Positions 49,970 to 62,800 of a DNA stretch of 64,000 nucleotides are shown here, in pieces. Made by a program: the position numbers and the translations under genes. The stretch is from Anolis carolinensis (taxonomy: Eukaryota). The stretch spans positions 263,601,971 through 263,665,970 of the forward strand of contig NC_085843.1 in NCBI RefSeq assembly GCF_035594765.1, written 5' to 3'. The number at the start of each line of letters is the position of its first letter. Positions within the stretch are counted from its first letter, which is position 1. The notes under the pieces were generated by a model. That model was given only the letters and a program-made list of their open reading frames with translations. It did no database searches and was not told the DNA's origin.

Positions 49970-50470
49970 CAGTCATGGGCCCGAAATTTGTCTCATTTGT
50001 TTAATTCGTGTTTTGTTTCATGCCGTTCATTTGGAACGCTCGGAACGATACACACCCCTCTGGAATAGAAATATCAGTGAAATGGAGAAAAGTGGAAACG
50101 GTGGCCATTTGGTCGGCTGATTTCGGCGTGCTGGCAGGGCCTACAGCCGAACGCTCAATGCTTGTAGGCCCGGCTGGCAGGCCCTGGCTTGCAGGGCCTA
50201 CAGCTGAGCCCCGAGCGTTCGATGTTCATAGGCCCGGCTGGCAGGCCTTGGCTTGCAAGGCCTACAGCTAAGTGTCGGGTGTGCAGTGCGCTCAGATGTA
50301 GGCCCTGGCGCTTTGCCACCAATGAGCTGAAAATCTTCAGTTTTTTCGGACCTTGGACGGAAAAGTTCATTTGGATAGGCACCTGTTTCTGGAAGCAGCG
50401 GACGGAAACGGGACCATACGAATGGAACAAACAGAAGCGGATAGCGATTCCATACAAATGCACGAGACTA
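49970..50470. mobile_element. CpG-rich hAT-like non-autonomous element with internal palindromic tandem repeats
   Basis: Perfect 8-bp TSD ATGCAGAG (49962-49969 and 50471-50478); imperfect TIRs CAGTCATGGGC/TAGTCTCGTGC. Confidence 0.75.
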
Positions 50471-51519
50471 ATGCAGAGTCAAACATGCTTTTATATTATA
50501 GGAGCTAATTTTGTGATCTGTGAACTTTAAATTTTAACTTTAAGTTCCACCTTCTAAGCTTAGTATAAACCACTTCAGCTTTTTTTTGTTTAATTAATAA
50601 TACATTCCATGAAACCGTGGTGATGTATAGTATTACCCTTGAGAGTATTAACAATATGGTTCACTAACACAAAACTCTGGTTTAATAACACTAAACTCTG
50701 GTTTCGTGTTAGGTACAAGCCTTGCTTAAATATTTTCCTTCTCAGCTGGGAGAAGGAGACTGCAGGCCAAAACATCTTTGTTTGGTCCAAACCTGGAGAA
50801 CTTTTGGTTAGGTTTTTAAAATATCAATATATCATTCTGTATATTACCATATACCATTAAATATGTGGCACATATATAAATGGAGAATAATACTTAATAA
50901 TCACTGATAGCTCAAGTAGGGATGAAACCAAATAATTTTGGAACAAGTAATAGCCACCCCCTCTTTCTTCACAAGCAGCTACTGCACCCAAATATTAGAA
51001 GAGAAACATATATAAACTCCAGTTAATTTCATCCAGGAAAGGGTACCTCTTGCAAATGTTTTGGACTGTAGCTCCCAGAATCCACAGGCAAAATGGTCAA
51101 TAGTAAAGGATTCTCATGATTCTATACCACTGAACCATAAGCAGTTAAAAGTGGTGTCAAACTGCATTAATTTACAGTGTGGATGCACCCTTAGTCCACC
51201 ACACAACCCATGACACTAGATTAATTCTCATGAACAATTAACAGAAAAAGCAACAAAGCATACAAAGAAAACGAAAAACATGCCAGTGCTCTTTCTCATT
51301 CAAAGAAAACTAAACCTGAGTAGTGCTGAGTAAATTTTAATTGCTTTGAAAACTGGGGGTGCCGCTTACCCTCTAGGATTCTTGCACTTTGTCATTACTG
51401 TAACTGCCAAGGCTCAATGCTATGGGATCATGGGAGTTGTAATTTGGTGAGGAACCACTCTTTGGTACAGAAGACTGAAGACGGGTTCAAAATACAACTC
51501 TCATGATTCCATACACTGC

Positions 51520-51645
51520 ATCTGAAAACAGGGGAATTCCAGACAGGAAACAATCAGGGCCAGTTAATATCTCCCAACAAAGGATTCCCCCAGACAGGAA
51601 GCAGACAGGCTTCGAAGCTACAAGGCCATTCAATGCTAATCACCA
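51520..51645 (+). mobile_element. Penelope-like 3' region fragment inside an older DNA transposon
   Basis: GGAATTCCAGACAGGAAACAATCAGGGCCAG...AAAGGATTCCCCCAG recognised from memory as squamate Penelope 3' sequence; not verified. Confidence 0.45.
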
Positions 51646-54499
51646 TTTAAGGTGACACCAGTTAAAGTGTCAAACTGCATTAATTTTACAGTGTAGATGC
51701 ACCCTGAGAGTATTGACAATATAAAAGCCATTGGATTGGGGTGGTTAAAATTACTCCTCTATGAATAAGTCACAGTGCAACTGTCACTACTCCAGAAATC
51801 TCATGATGCTATTGTGTACAATCCCATCATCCACGTTGGTAGGAGCATATGGGAGTTGTAATGCAAAACATTTGAAAAAAACATGCCAAGACAAGACAGG
51901 CTATTTAGGAGAAGAAGGAACAAAATCAAATTCTTGTGTTTCTAGAACTCATATCCTGAGAAGGAAGATGCACAAAGAGTGTCAAAATCCAAATATGTTT
52001 GGAAGGGAAAGCTCTCTGTTCTCCAGGCCATTTTAAAAACAACAACCTGGGCTCATTCGTTTTGAGATATGCTTTAAAAATCAACTAACCAACTCCCAGC
52101 TTTCTGCTCACATGCCCTTTATTGCCTTTTTTCATTTCTAGGATGCCTGCAGGCTGTGAAAGATAGCATGATAATTACTTTTATTCCACCAGTTGTGAAA
52201 TCTGAATATTAATTACAACTGTTAACATCGATAGCATTATTTCCAGCTACACCGCTGCTTCATATGCTTTCACTATCACTACTATATCCAAACACCCATG
52301 GTGATATTGCATAATTCATTTCTCCTCCTCCTCATCTGACTACCCAACAACATTGCAAATTGGAAGGGAAAAATAGTAATAAATCAATAAATCTTTGCAG
52401 CCACTGCAGGAAGAGAGAACTGCTTAGCTTTGTAATTCTGCTTCTTTGAAGGTATTATTGTAGATATTTAATATTTGCAGTGGAAATCATCCAACGACAC
52501 TAATCAGGCTTGACATTTTTGGCTCAGAGGTGATCAAAACGACCAGATTGGAAGCTTTGGCACAGCTTCCAGGGCCTACCCCAATGGATTTGCCATAGGT
52601 CACACATAGGAACTCCATAAGGCAAAGAAAGAGACAAGTCAATTATATGGCAGCCAAGACTGAAAGGAATCCGCCTGCAATGTTAAATTAAAGATTAGGA
52701 AAAGGCCATTAAAGATCAAAGGATGGAGGAGGACTGCTGTGTGGGCGCATGGTGCCTGTTGGCAGTGCAAAAGTCATTCTAACAGAAGATCTAACAAAGA
52801 CTCATTTGCAGGAAGAGTGCCCGCGGCAAGCTCTAGGAAACAATAGTAACTCCGTGGCCTTGTAAGCCATAGTCAAATACTTTGCATTACAGGACTGCTG
52901 TGGCCAGTCAGTTGCTCCTGGATGTCCACAAGCATTTGGAAGTGATTAACTGCTCCCAAACTAATATGTGTGTTGGAATGCTGTTGTGCTACCGATTCTA
53001 TGTGTGTCCAAATGTTGTGATTTGAGTTTTTGGATTCAAAAACAACCTATGTGCATGTAAAATGCCCATTTTACAATCACAGAATACAGCTATGAACAGG
53101 AAATGCATATAAAGTGTGTGTAATACTTTTGCCCCATCAAAACTGCAATTACAGCTAGCCCTGAATTTTGTATGCACAGATTCAACTATCCAATATTTGG
53201 AACATTAAAAAAATCCCAAAAGCAAACATTGTTATTGCCATGTTACATATGTGTACACCACTTGATATAATGGGACTTGAGTGTCCATGGATTTTAGTAT
53301 CTCTGGGTGGTCTTTAGAATCAAACCCAGTAGATATCAAAGGCCTGCTTTAATTGTTATAACAGGATGGGACTGACTTATGAATGAAAACGCGTGAAACA
53401 TATGAAGAATGAAAACATCTTCATCTATCCATTCCTAGCCTGTACATTCCAGAAACATGTCTAATGGCAAACTACTGAATTAGAAGGAAGTTCATAAATA
53501 ACTCAATGAACAAAAGGCACACCAACTTCAGCCCACATCAAGGGTAGGCAATCTGGTGATCTCCAATACTTTGGATGAAAACTCCCACTATCTTTGATCT
53601 TTGGTGATGTTGAATGAGGCCAATGTTAATTGTACCTTCAAACATATTGGAAGCATGCATCTTTTGCTGGGCACCTGTTCCTTTCTTGTTTCACACTGCA
53701 GTACTTACTGTTTAATATTTTACACAAAACTCCTCTGCATCTTCTTCCCTTTTGCCAAATTTTTGGTCCCCTGAGTTGCTTCAGGCCAAATGACTTTTTT
53801 ATACATATAAATAAAGTTGGAAGTAATTTGGGGTTAATTAATTGAAGAGGTAAAACAGATGCTAACCTGAACAATAGTGAGTGTATTGAAGCAAGGAGAA
53901 AGTAGGTTTGTCCTCACTGTAAGCAGCAAATGAACCAGGGAAAATTGCTAGGGAATTACGATACTGACAATCTTCTCTAACACTTTAAGTGACAGCATGA
54001 AGAGTTCTTGCCTATGATAGAAGAAGAAAATTTCCAGGAGTCAGGAGCTGATGGGAGATTCAGGGGACAGGAAAGAGAGGGTATGAATCTCCTGTTGGCA
54101 ATAGATCTGGCCCAAAACTGGAAAGTTTTTGGCATCAGTGCCAGTCACCAAATGGCTTAATGAGGAGTGGTGTGTGTGTGTATTTATCATTTCTTTATGC
54201 AGCACCCTGAATCTCACAAGTTCTACTGCTGGATAAATATAGAAGAAGTACAGTATTTTCTCTTCAAATAAGCTGTCATTTTGTTATCATATAATTACTG
54301 TGTATCTTACCTGGACTTTAACAGACTTTGCTGGCAGATTATCTGAAGGGTAGTACCAGGATAAAAACAATACAAATTACTAAAGCTGAGCTGTTGACAG
54401 TTTTTAATTTTTTTGTTGCTTTTTCCAGAAAAAAACAGCACATGTGCCTAGCATAAAAATCCTTGTTTGGATGGGCTAATATTGCTTTTAGGGCACCCT

Positions 54500-54821
54500 A
54501 AGGCCAGTGACGCAGCGGGTTAAACCGCTGACTGCTGTACTCGCTGACCAAAAGGTCAGCAGTTCGAATCCAGGGTGAGTTTCCAATGTTAGCTCCAGCT
54601 TCTGCCAACCTAGCAGTTCGAAAACATGCAAACGTGAGTAGATCAATAGGTACCGCTCCGGTGGGGAGGTAACGACGCTCCATGCAGTCATGCCGACCAC
54701 ATGACCTTGGAGACGTCTACAGACAACGCCAGCTCTTCGGCTTAGAAATTGAGATGAGCACCAACCTCCAGAATTGGACATGACTAGACTTAATGTCAGG
54801 GCAAAACGTTTACTTTTACCT
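54500..54821 (+). mobile_element. Sauria SINE
   Basis: Reverse complement of the 9162-9490 family; B box CAGTTCGAATCC and a degenerate ACCTTT tail. Confidence 0.88.
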
Positions 54822-57502
54822 AAGCTACAAGTGTTATGTGGATGTGTGGTTTTATGAAAAGGTTAGAGCCAATTTTGGATTTCCATTACAAGTGAACAAG
54901 GAACACTGGCAATCTAGATCCCCCAATCTTGATTTGTATTTGGACTGGATTTAAATTGGTCCAGCCTGAATGGTGTCTAGATCTGGATCTTCAAAGCAGG
55001 CTCTGAACTCATTCAGGGACCTCATGTTGGTAATTATTAAGGACTGGAGAAGAAGAGATTTGCTGGCCAGCACACACAGAAGATGTTTGTGCAATCATGA
55101 AAGCAAAAGCAATCCAGGTAAAAAAGCTGCTCAAAATAAATTAGGGAGGGGGATACAGAAATAGAACGCATGGCTACATCAACTCAAATAATGCAATCTC
55201 GGGGTGAGGAACACATACACAGCAGCTTACACTTCACTATGTACACACGTAATGACTGTTTAATGATTAACATCTAACAGGGAAATAGCATAGCTGCAGA
55301 AAAAATTGTTTTGGATTTTGGCATACTTGTCTAGACAGATACACACATGAGGAAGTATTTTGGAGATGAAATCCAAGTCTAAACATAAAAAGGTAATTCC
55401 CCCCCAAACCCCCATAGAGCAAATTTTGTGAGTGGATGAAGGCAAAGGTGTCTTTATCCCAGTCACCCATGTGGACAATTGGGATATTTCAGGTTCCATC
55501 ACTTGAGAAGCTTCCATAACTTCATGATTTTATTCTGTCACAGATGTGGACATGGTAGGGAAAGTACAACCTGAAAATGCATATCCCCCCAAGCCTTTTT
55601 GTGGATTTAACCAGAGAGGGTGAGAATGAAGAAAACGGAGAAGACCTCAAATCTGTAGGTAGGTAAGTAAATATTGAAAAGCTGTGAGACTTGTTTCTGA
55701 TGGTTAAACTGATCCATAAAGTTGCTAGTTGAACAGGGTTAGATTACACTGATATTAATTTCCTGGTGTAATGGCTGGATATAAATATGATACACAACTA
55801 AGAGAGGGACAAAGATAATGGCTGGTATTTGCAACAGTCCTGAGAACATACTTCTGTTTATAACATAATAGGAAATCTATGGTAAATTATCCAGGTTGAT
55901 TTTGATAATCTAGCTTTATTTGTAAAATACAAAAAAAAAATGACTAGAAGGCATGCTATTCTTAAAAGTTGTTTTACTCCAAGTTCTATACAAAATGTAC
56001 CAATGCTAGTAATCACCTGGAAATGCCCTAAATGTATTGATCCATCTTAAACTTGCACAAAATATTTGGGCATCCATCTAATCCTAAACATCAAGCTTGT
56101 TAAAACCTGATTCACATATATGCATAGAACAACAAATATTACAATCATCCAATGTGTTTGTTTGCTTTCAAAACCCTTTTAGACTTTTGTTTTGGTACTA
56201 TTGGATAATAAAGCAAGTTTAGTGACTGTGATCACAAATGTGGATCTGTATAACATAAAGGCAAACACCTTAAATTATGAATGTATAATAAATCACAACA
56301 ACTGACTGAAATTACTCCAGGATAAATGAAAACGTGTGGTTCACATTTAGAAGAAGTGATATTACCAGTACTAAAAATAATAAATACTAATAAATCTGTC
56401 TCCCAACCCTCTCTATTCTCTTACACTGTTGTGAATAATTGCATGATCTTTAGATCAGCGAAGCTTGCAAATATTAGGTCTTGTTTAATTATGGTGTGAA
56501 CTGAAGCTTGAACACCAGTGGATGTGTAAGAGAGAGCATGCACATAAAGGGGAAAAAACAGAAAAAAGAGTTTATGTTAAGTCTACTTCAATAAGTAAAC
56601 ACTATCTCATATTTCCCACTGTATGTTGAATTTATTTCCAGGGGTTTTAATGGATTTGCATTCTTTAAAGCCAGGTTTGTACAAAAGAGACACCTCCACT
56701 TGATCCAGAAAGGAAACCAGATGGCTGCTTCGTAGTAAAGAAAATGTTATAAATCTTGGGATGAAACCCTACAAGAAGCAGAGACTATCTGACTGAGAAG
56801 AAAGTGACAATGTTTCCCACCACCGATAGGAGGACATGGTGAAAATAGACCATGCCAATATGTTAAAACAGGCCATCTAGTCAAAGAAAAATGAAGAATA
56901 GTGAAAAATGCATAAACCAGAGAATTTGTAGAGAGATGCAGTATACAAGTGTCTTCTGTGCTAATGTTAAAAATTTACAATAAAAACTGGAGAATTGAAA
57001 TGCTTGGCTTTGAGGAAGAACAGCGATATCATGGACATAGTTAAAAGCTAGGAGAATGGACAAGGACAGTGATATATCTTCATTTCTGGGTACAATCTCT
57101 GTAGTAATGACCAGGAAGGGCTGAAGGTTGTGTTGCTCTGTTCTGCCAAAGAACGCGTAACGTTAAACAAGCTATCAATCTTATAAGACTCCATAGGATC
57201 ATTATGCATGACAATGCCAGGCATTGAAAGCAATTGGACATGCAATCATCTTTTCTCTCAGTATGGTCAAGGTGATTTTGAGATGGAAAATGAAATCAAG
57301 AGGGCATCTGAAGCAGTAATGTAGTAATGGGTGATTTCAATTATATCCCGCTTGGATTAGAGATCTGTGTCTGAACTGATATACTTTAGAAATGGCATCT
57401 TAGAGACTGAGGCAAACAGGTGTAAGAAGAGAGGACATTACTAGGGCTTACTGACATACAAACAAATCACTGAACCCAGATGATACCCATATGAGAGTTC
57501 TT

Positions 57503-57684
57503 GTTTTGTTGTTTATTCGTTCAGTCGCTTCTGACTCTTTGTGACCTCATGGACCAGCCCACACCAGAGCTCCCTATCTGCCATCGCTATCCCCAGCTCC
57601 TTCAAGGTCAAACCAGTCATTTCTAAGACACTATCCATTCATCTTGCCCTTGGTGGGCCCCTCTTCCTTTTTCCTTCCATTTTC
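57503..57684 (-). mobile_element. BovB-type RTE 3' end
   Basis: Minus strand KMEGKRKRGPPRAR...ELWCGLVHEVTKSQKRLNE with a (CAA)n-like tail; 13-bp TSD TATGAGAGTTCTT (57490-57502 and 57685-57697). Confidence 0.85.
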
Positions 57685-58195
57685 TATGAGAGTTCTTAAT
57701 GAAGTCAAATATGAAACAGCTGATCTTCCAAAAATACTATTACATATTCTTAGATTGGCCTCTGTCCCACAGGAATGGATTAATTCACATTACTGGGGGA
57801 GACCAGAACATGGTTTCCATAACTCCTGTCTCACCAGTCTGTTACAGTCCTTTGTGTGCGTCAATGAGAAGTGGATGGGGAGATCTGGCAGACCTTGTTT
57901 ACATGGACTTTGATTGAATCTTTCAGGAAATATTACAAAGCAAATTGAGAAATGGAAGAAAAAGTCTTCTCAAGGACTATAACTAATCAAAGAACAAAAC
58001 ATGAAAAGAAGGAATAAATATTTATTATAATTATACAGATAGTGGACTACCCCAAGAATCTGTACTGCTTTTTAACTTGTTCATAAATCTGGACTTAAGG
58101 GTGAGTCATGACATGGCTAGGTTTGTTCATAACACCAAATCGTTTAAGGTAGTTAAAACAAAGGAGATTGTGAAGAGCATCAAAAGTATACCACC

Positions 58196-58911
58196 TGTTC
58201 CGTCCCCCAGGACGATGGTTTGCCTTACCTATTGGTCGTTTGTTTGTTTTCCCTCCTTTGCATTTTGTTTGAGCCTCTGGCTGCAAAAGCCTAGGAAAAG
58301 TGGCTTGGAATCTGCAATAGCTGGCTGCAGTTTTCTTTGCAGTGATTGGTCAAAGAGTGCAACATCTTAGGGCCGCCCTTTTTACCAGGGTCTAGTCTCC
58401 ATTTTAGAGTTTCATTCTGGCTATAGTCTTCCAACGTGCTGGAGCTGTGCAAGGCTAACTGGGACAAATCATCCTCAAAACCAGGCCAATCTAAGCCTAT
58501 CCAAATTAGATAAGTATTGAATTATATTGATCTGGAATAGGAAATCTAGTTAGAGGAGCAGAGTTATTCCATCGCTTCTAGAACTAATCTTTGCTGTAAA
58601 GATAGGGAAGGAAAGAGTTTCTCCTTCTAATATAGGCAGCGTGATTAGGGTATAGTGGTTTTATAATCACTTTTGCCTTCTGGAACCAGGGATAATTCTG
58701 TGACTAAAACCTATAGAAATTTGTTTCATTTTCTGCAACTTTAAGATCTGTGCCAGGTTTACAACCTTGTATGAATAAACATCCTTTTTTGAAGTTATCC
58801 AGACTCAGTCGTTCAATATCTATAGGACAGCTTATAGGGATTTGCAGTTCGCCCGGATAAAGGACAGCACGTTTCAGTTTTATAGTTTTTTATTGTCCGG
58901 CGGACGGCACA
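58196..58911 (+). repeat. 5' LTR of the BEL element (716 bp)
   Basis: TG...CA ends, AATAAA at ~58774, and a start sequence repeated at 63874. Confidence 0.85.
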
Positions 58912-59383
58912 GTTTTGAGGTAGATCAGCGGTTTTTCCGCTTGAGCTAGCTTGCACAGCCTATAGTTTTTTATAGTTTAGGAAGTTTAGTATAGGCCGCG
59001 GCTTTTCCGCCTGAGCTCAGTCTGCATACCTAAAGACTCTACCAGCGTCTGAGGCAGTGGAGCCCGCTCTCAGACCTGAAGGAGTCAAATAGTGGGGCTC
59101 TATTTCCTTGCTATTTGGCTCGCGTGTGCGCACGTGGCCCAGTGGCTTTCTGGGTTTGCACAGGCTGTGCAGTTCCCAGCAACGTCCAGGGCTCCCTCGG
59201 CGGTAGACCTCGAGCCGCGGAGCACCAGCGACAGTTCTTTGGCTGGCTCTGAGGCGTGGAGCCCACCAGAACCAGGCTAGAACCTGGACAGGCCTGGCAA
59301 CGCTGCTGCGAGTTCGGCCGGAGCACTCAACCGGCTTTGACAGCCTCTTCATCAGGAGTTCGGCCGGAGCACTCGGCCGGCTT

Positions 59384-59519
59384 TGACCTGCCTCATGGTC
59401 CGGCGGTGGTGACCTGCCTCATCGTCCTGCGGTGGTGACCTGCCTCATCGTCCTGCGGTGGTGACCTGCCTCATCGTCCTGCGGTGGTGACCTGCTTCAT
59501 CGACCTGCGGTGGTGACCT
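59384..59519 (+). repeat. 26-bp tandem repeat (5 units plus a partial) in the BEL 5' UTR
   Basis: Unit TGACCTGCCTCATCGTCCTGCGGTGG at 59384, 59410, 59436, 59462 and 59488. Confidence 0.95.
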
Positions 59520-59899
59520 CCCTTCACAGCGGGGAGGAGGCGTCTCTTCTCTCCTCCTTTCCAAAGCCAGCCTCGGTGCTCCTTCGGTGGCAGGCCTCGA
59601 GCCGCAGAGCACGAGGTGCTTGAAAATTTGGCGAAGTCGCCATTTTGGCAGTTTACGTCACTCGGGCAAGGGAGGTATCAAGTGGCAAGTTGCTGTCAGT
59701 TGACATTTTGCAGCTTGCCCACCAAAGTCTGGCGCCAAAGGTCACAATCTTTGTAAAGTATAGTTACTTAGTGATATATATTGCTATGGTTAAGTGCTGT
59801 GGATTGTATTATATATTGAATTTGCTTTTATTGTAAATTTACTTGCAGGTATATTGCATTTGCCTTTGTTGTAAATTTACTTGCTATTAAGAATACATA

Positions 59900-62800
59900 A
59901 TGTCTATGCAATTTCAAGATGATACAGATGGCGTACCTCCTTCTGAGGCTGAAAGTAGGAATGAAAGGCCCCAAAGGATAAAGCACCCTTCAGCCAAAAT
60001 GCTAGCCCATCTAATAGATGAAAAGGAGCTCCTCCATGTGAGGTTAGGTTCGGCATGGGAGCGAATTGTAACATTGATGGACAGAATTGAGAGCTTGGGT
60101 ATTACAAGGGTGCCATCCATATTACAGACAGACCTTGAAGAGACCTTCGGTCTCTGGAGGGGTTTAGTGTCTAAGATAGTCCAGGTCCTCGAGCGCATTA
60201 ACGCCAAGGATTCAGAGTTAGAAATAGTGAGTGTTTTAGCTGACACTAATGAGAAAGAAAATAGGGTGAGGGCAATCCTAGCTTCCTTATGCAGCCATGA
60301 GACCAATCTTTTAAAATCACCTGCTGTGGCACTTAGTCTTAAGTCCAACCGGTCTAGCCAGGTATCTAAACTAAGGGAGCGTGCATCGTCTAAACACAGC
60401 CACTCTAGCAAGTCTTCTGCTGCTGGGAGTGCCATCTCTTCCCTAGCTGCCTTGCACATTAAGGAGGCTGCACGTCTGGAGCTACAGAGCAAGGTTGCGG
60501 AGGCGGAAGCTGATGCAAAAGCAGCTGACCACACTTTCCACCTTAAAGAGGAAGAGCAACGACTGCAAATAGAACAGGCCCGTAGACAAAGCGAAATGCA
60601 AATAGAACAGGCTCGTATAGAGATGCTTAGAATAAAAATGGATGCCGCAGCCAAAAGGGTAAGGGCTGAGACTTTGGCCAAGGCCCTAATTGAGCCACTC
60701 ACAGAAGAAAATGTAAGCCAGTTACCAATACAGGACCCTTCTGCCAAAGTGTTTGCGCACCTTGGCAGCATGTACAGCCAGTTTTCGGATGAGGAACAGG
60801 GAGACTTCTCTCCTTACCCAGAGCAGGGCCCCAAAGTCACTTTTGAGTTTCCTGCAGAGCAGAGCGTCATAGCGGGGAGCTCACCCTTGCTCGAGCTACC
60901 TGTGCCTCCTGCTAAAACCCTAGGTCAGTCAATCAGGGCCTCAAGGCCGAGCGCTAGTTGGCCCCTACAGACAGCTGCACAGGGAACCATCGATTCGTCA
61001 GTGGTCGATGTCATCCCTCCAAGAGGCCAAAGGTTGACGCAAGGTGCACGGTGGGAGTCCACTCCACAACAGCAAACTCCTCAATTGTTCCCTTCGACGC
61101 CAGAGTCCCAGCTTGTCTCCATCATCAGAAGCCCCAGAAGAGATCTTAAGGACAAGGGTGTCGAAAAGTTTTCGGACAAGCCTGAGGAATTTCTTCTCTG
61201 GAAGGCCACCTTCCAGAGAGCAATCAGAGACTTAAAGTTATTGCCTGAGGAAGAACTGACTCTTCTGGCTGCATGGTTGGGCCCAGCCTCATCCTCACAA
61301 GTTAAGAAGATCTACGCAGCCCACGTAGCCGATCCCGACAAAGCCCTGGAAAAGGCCTGGGCCAGGTTGCAGCAGAGGTATGGGGCCAGCACAGAGATTG
61401 AAGCATCTCTTATGGACAAGCTCCAAAGGTTCCCAGCTTTAAAACTCAAAGACTTCAAACTCTTGTGGGACCTCAGCGATCTCCTTGCGGAATTAGAGTC
61501 GGCCAAGGAGAATCCAGAACTGCCCGGTTTGAAGTGCCTCGATCAGCACCTGTCCCAGAGGCAGATCTTGACCAAGCTGCCCTTCACTTTGCAAGAACGC
61601 TGGGGACAGGAGGTCTTCAACTACAAGGAGGCCCACTCCCAGGCATACCCTCCATTTTCTCATTTGGTCCAGTTCATCACCAGGGCAGCCAGAGAAAGGA
61701 ATGATCCACAGACGGGCCTCCCCACCTTATACCAAGGGACCCAGCCAGAGAAGGCACCTGAAGTGGACAAGAAACCACCTAGAGAGGCCAATAGACCTGT
61801 CAGCGTAAAGGCAGTCGAAACTCAACTCAAGACTGACGAACCCAGGTCGGAGGTAAAAGAGTTGCTTTGCCCTATTCACCAAAAGCCTCACAGCTTGGCC
61901 AACTGCAGGGAGTTTAGTAGAAAGACATACAAAGAAAGGCAACAGCTAGTTCAAAAGCAGGGAATCTGCTTTAGATGCTGTGGAGCAACTCCACACTTTG
62001 CATCCAACTGCAAAGAAAACATCAAGTGTGAGAAATGCAACAGCCTCAAGCATTGCACCGCAATGCACAACTCCAATATCATCTCCCACCCCAAAGAGAA
62101 CGCTTCACCAAAAGAAAAGTCAGCAGTCGAAGACACCGACAAGCCAGCCGCACCAGAGATGCAGGTGGAAGTTTCAGCAGTCGCCTGTACAGAGCTGTGT
62201 TCTGACTCGCACCAGTACAGAGTTTGTCATCCTATCTGCCTAGCGGATGTATATCCAGCCAAGAGCCCTTGGCTTAGAAAGAGACTCTATGTGGCCCTGG
62301 ATTCACAGAGCGACGCCTCCCTGGCTACTCCAGAGTTCTTCCGCATGTTTGACCTTAAAACCAAGATGGTCGACTACACTATGACTACGTGTGCAGGAAA
62401 AAAGAAGTTGCAGGGTCGCATAGCATCTGGCTTCGTTGTCTCCTCTTGCGACCAGAAGAGACAGTTCAAGTTGCCAGACCTGATTGAGTGTTCCTCCATC
62501 CCTCGGAACAAAAAACAAATTGTAACTAGAGAAGTTGTGGAGGCTCATCCACATTTGCGACGGTTAAAGAATGCCATACCAGCCTTTCAGCCAGATGTGG
62601 ACATTGCCCTTCTGCTTGGTGCGGACTGTCCGAACTTGTTCTATGTGAACGACCAAGTTAAGGGACCTCCAGGGGCGCCCATTGCTCAGCTGCTACCACT
62701 AGGCTGGACAGTTACAGGCCCAGTGTGCATAAACAAGATGCACCCACCATCGTCGTTGGACTCCAATCAAGCACAGGTGCTTAAAGGTGGACGTCCTACA

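Noticed and set aside
59384-59519. CRISPR-like appearance of the 26-bp repeat array
   Set aside because: The units are contiguous with no unique spacers, there are no cas genes, and the context is a eukaryotic LTR element.
59914-60771. 285-aa antisense ORF over gag
   Set aside because: Low-complexity Ser/Ala/Leu shadow of the coiled-coil coding strand, with no recognisable motifs.
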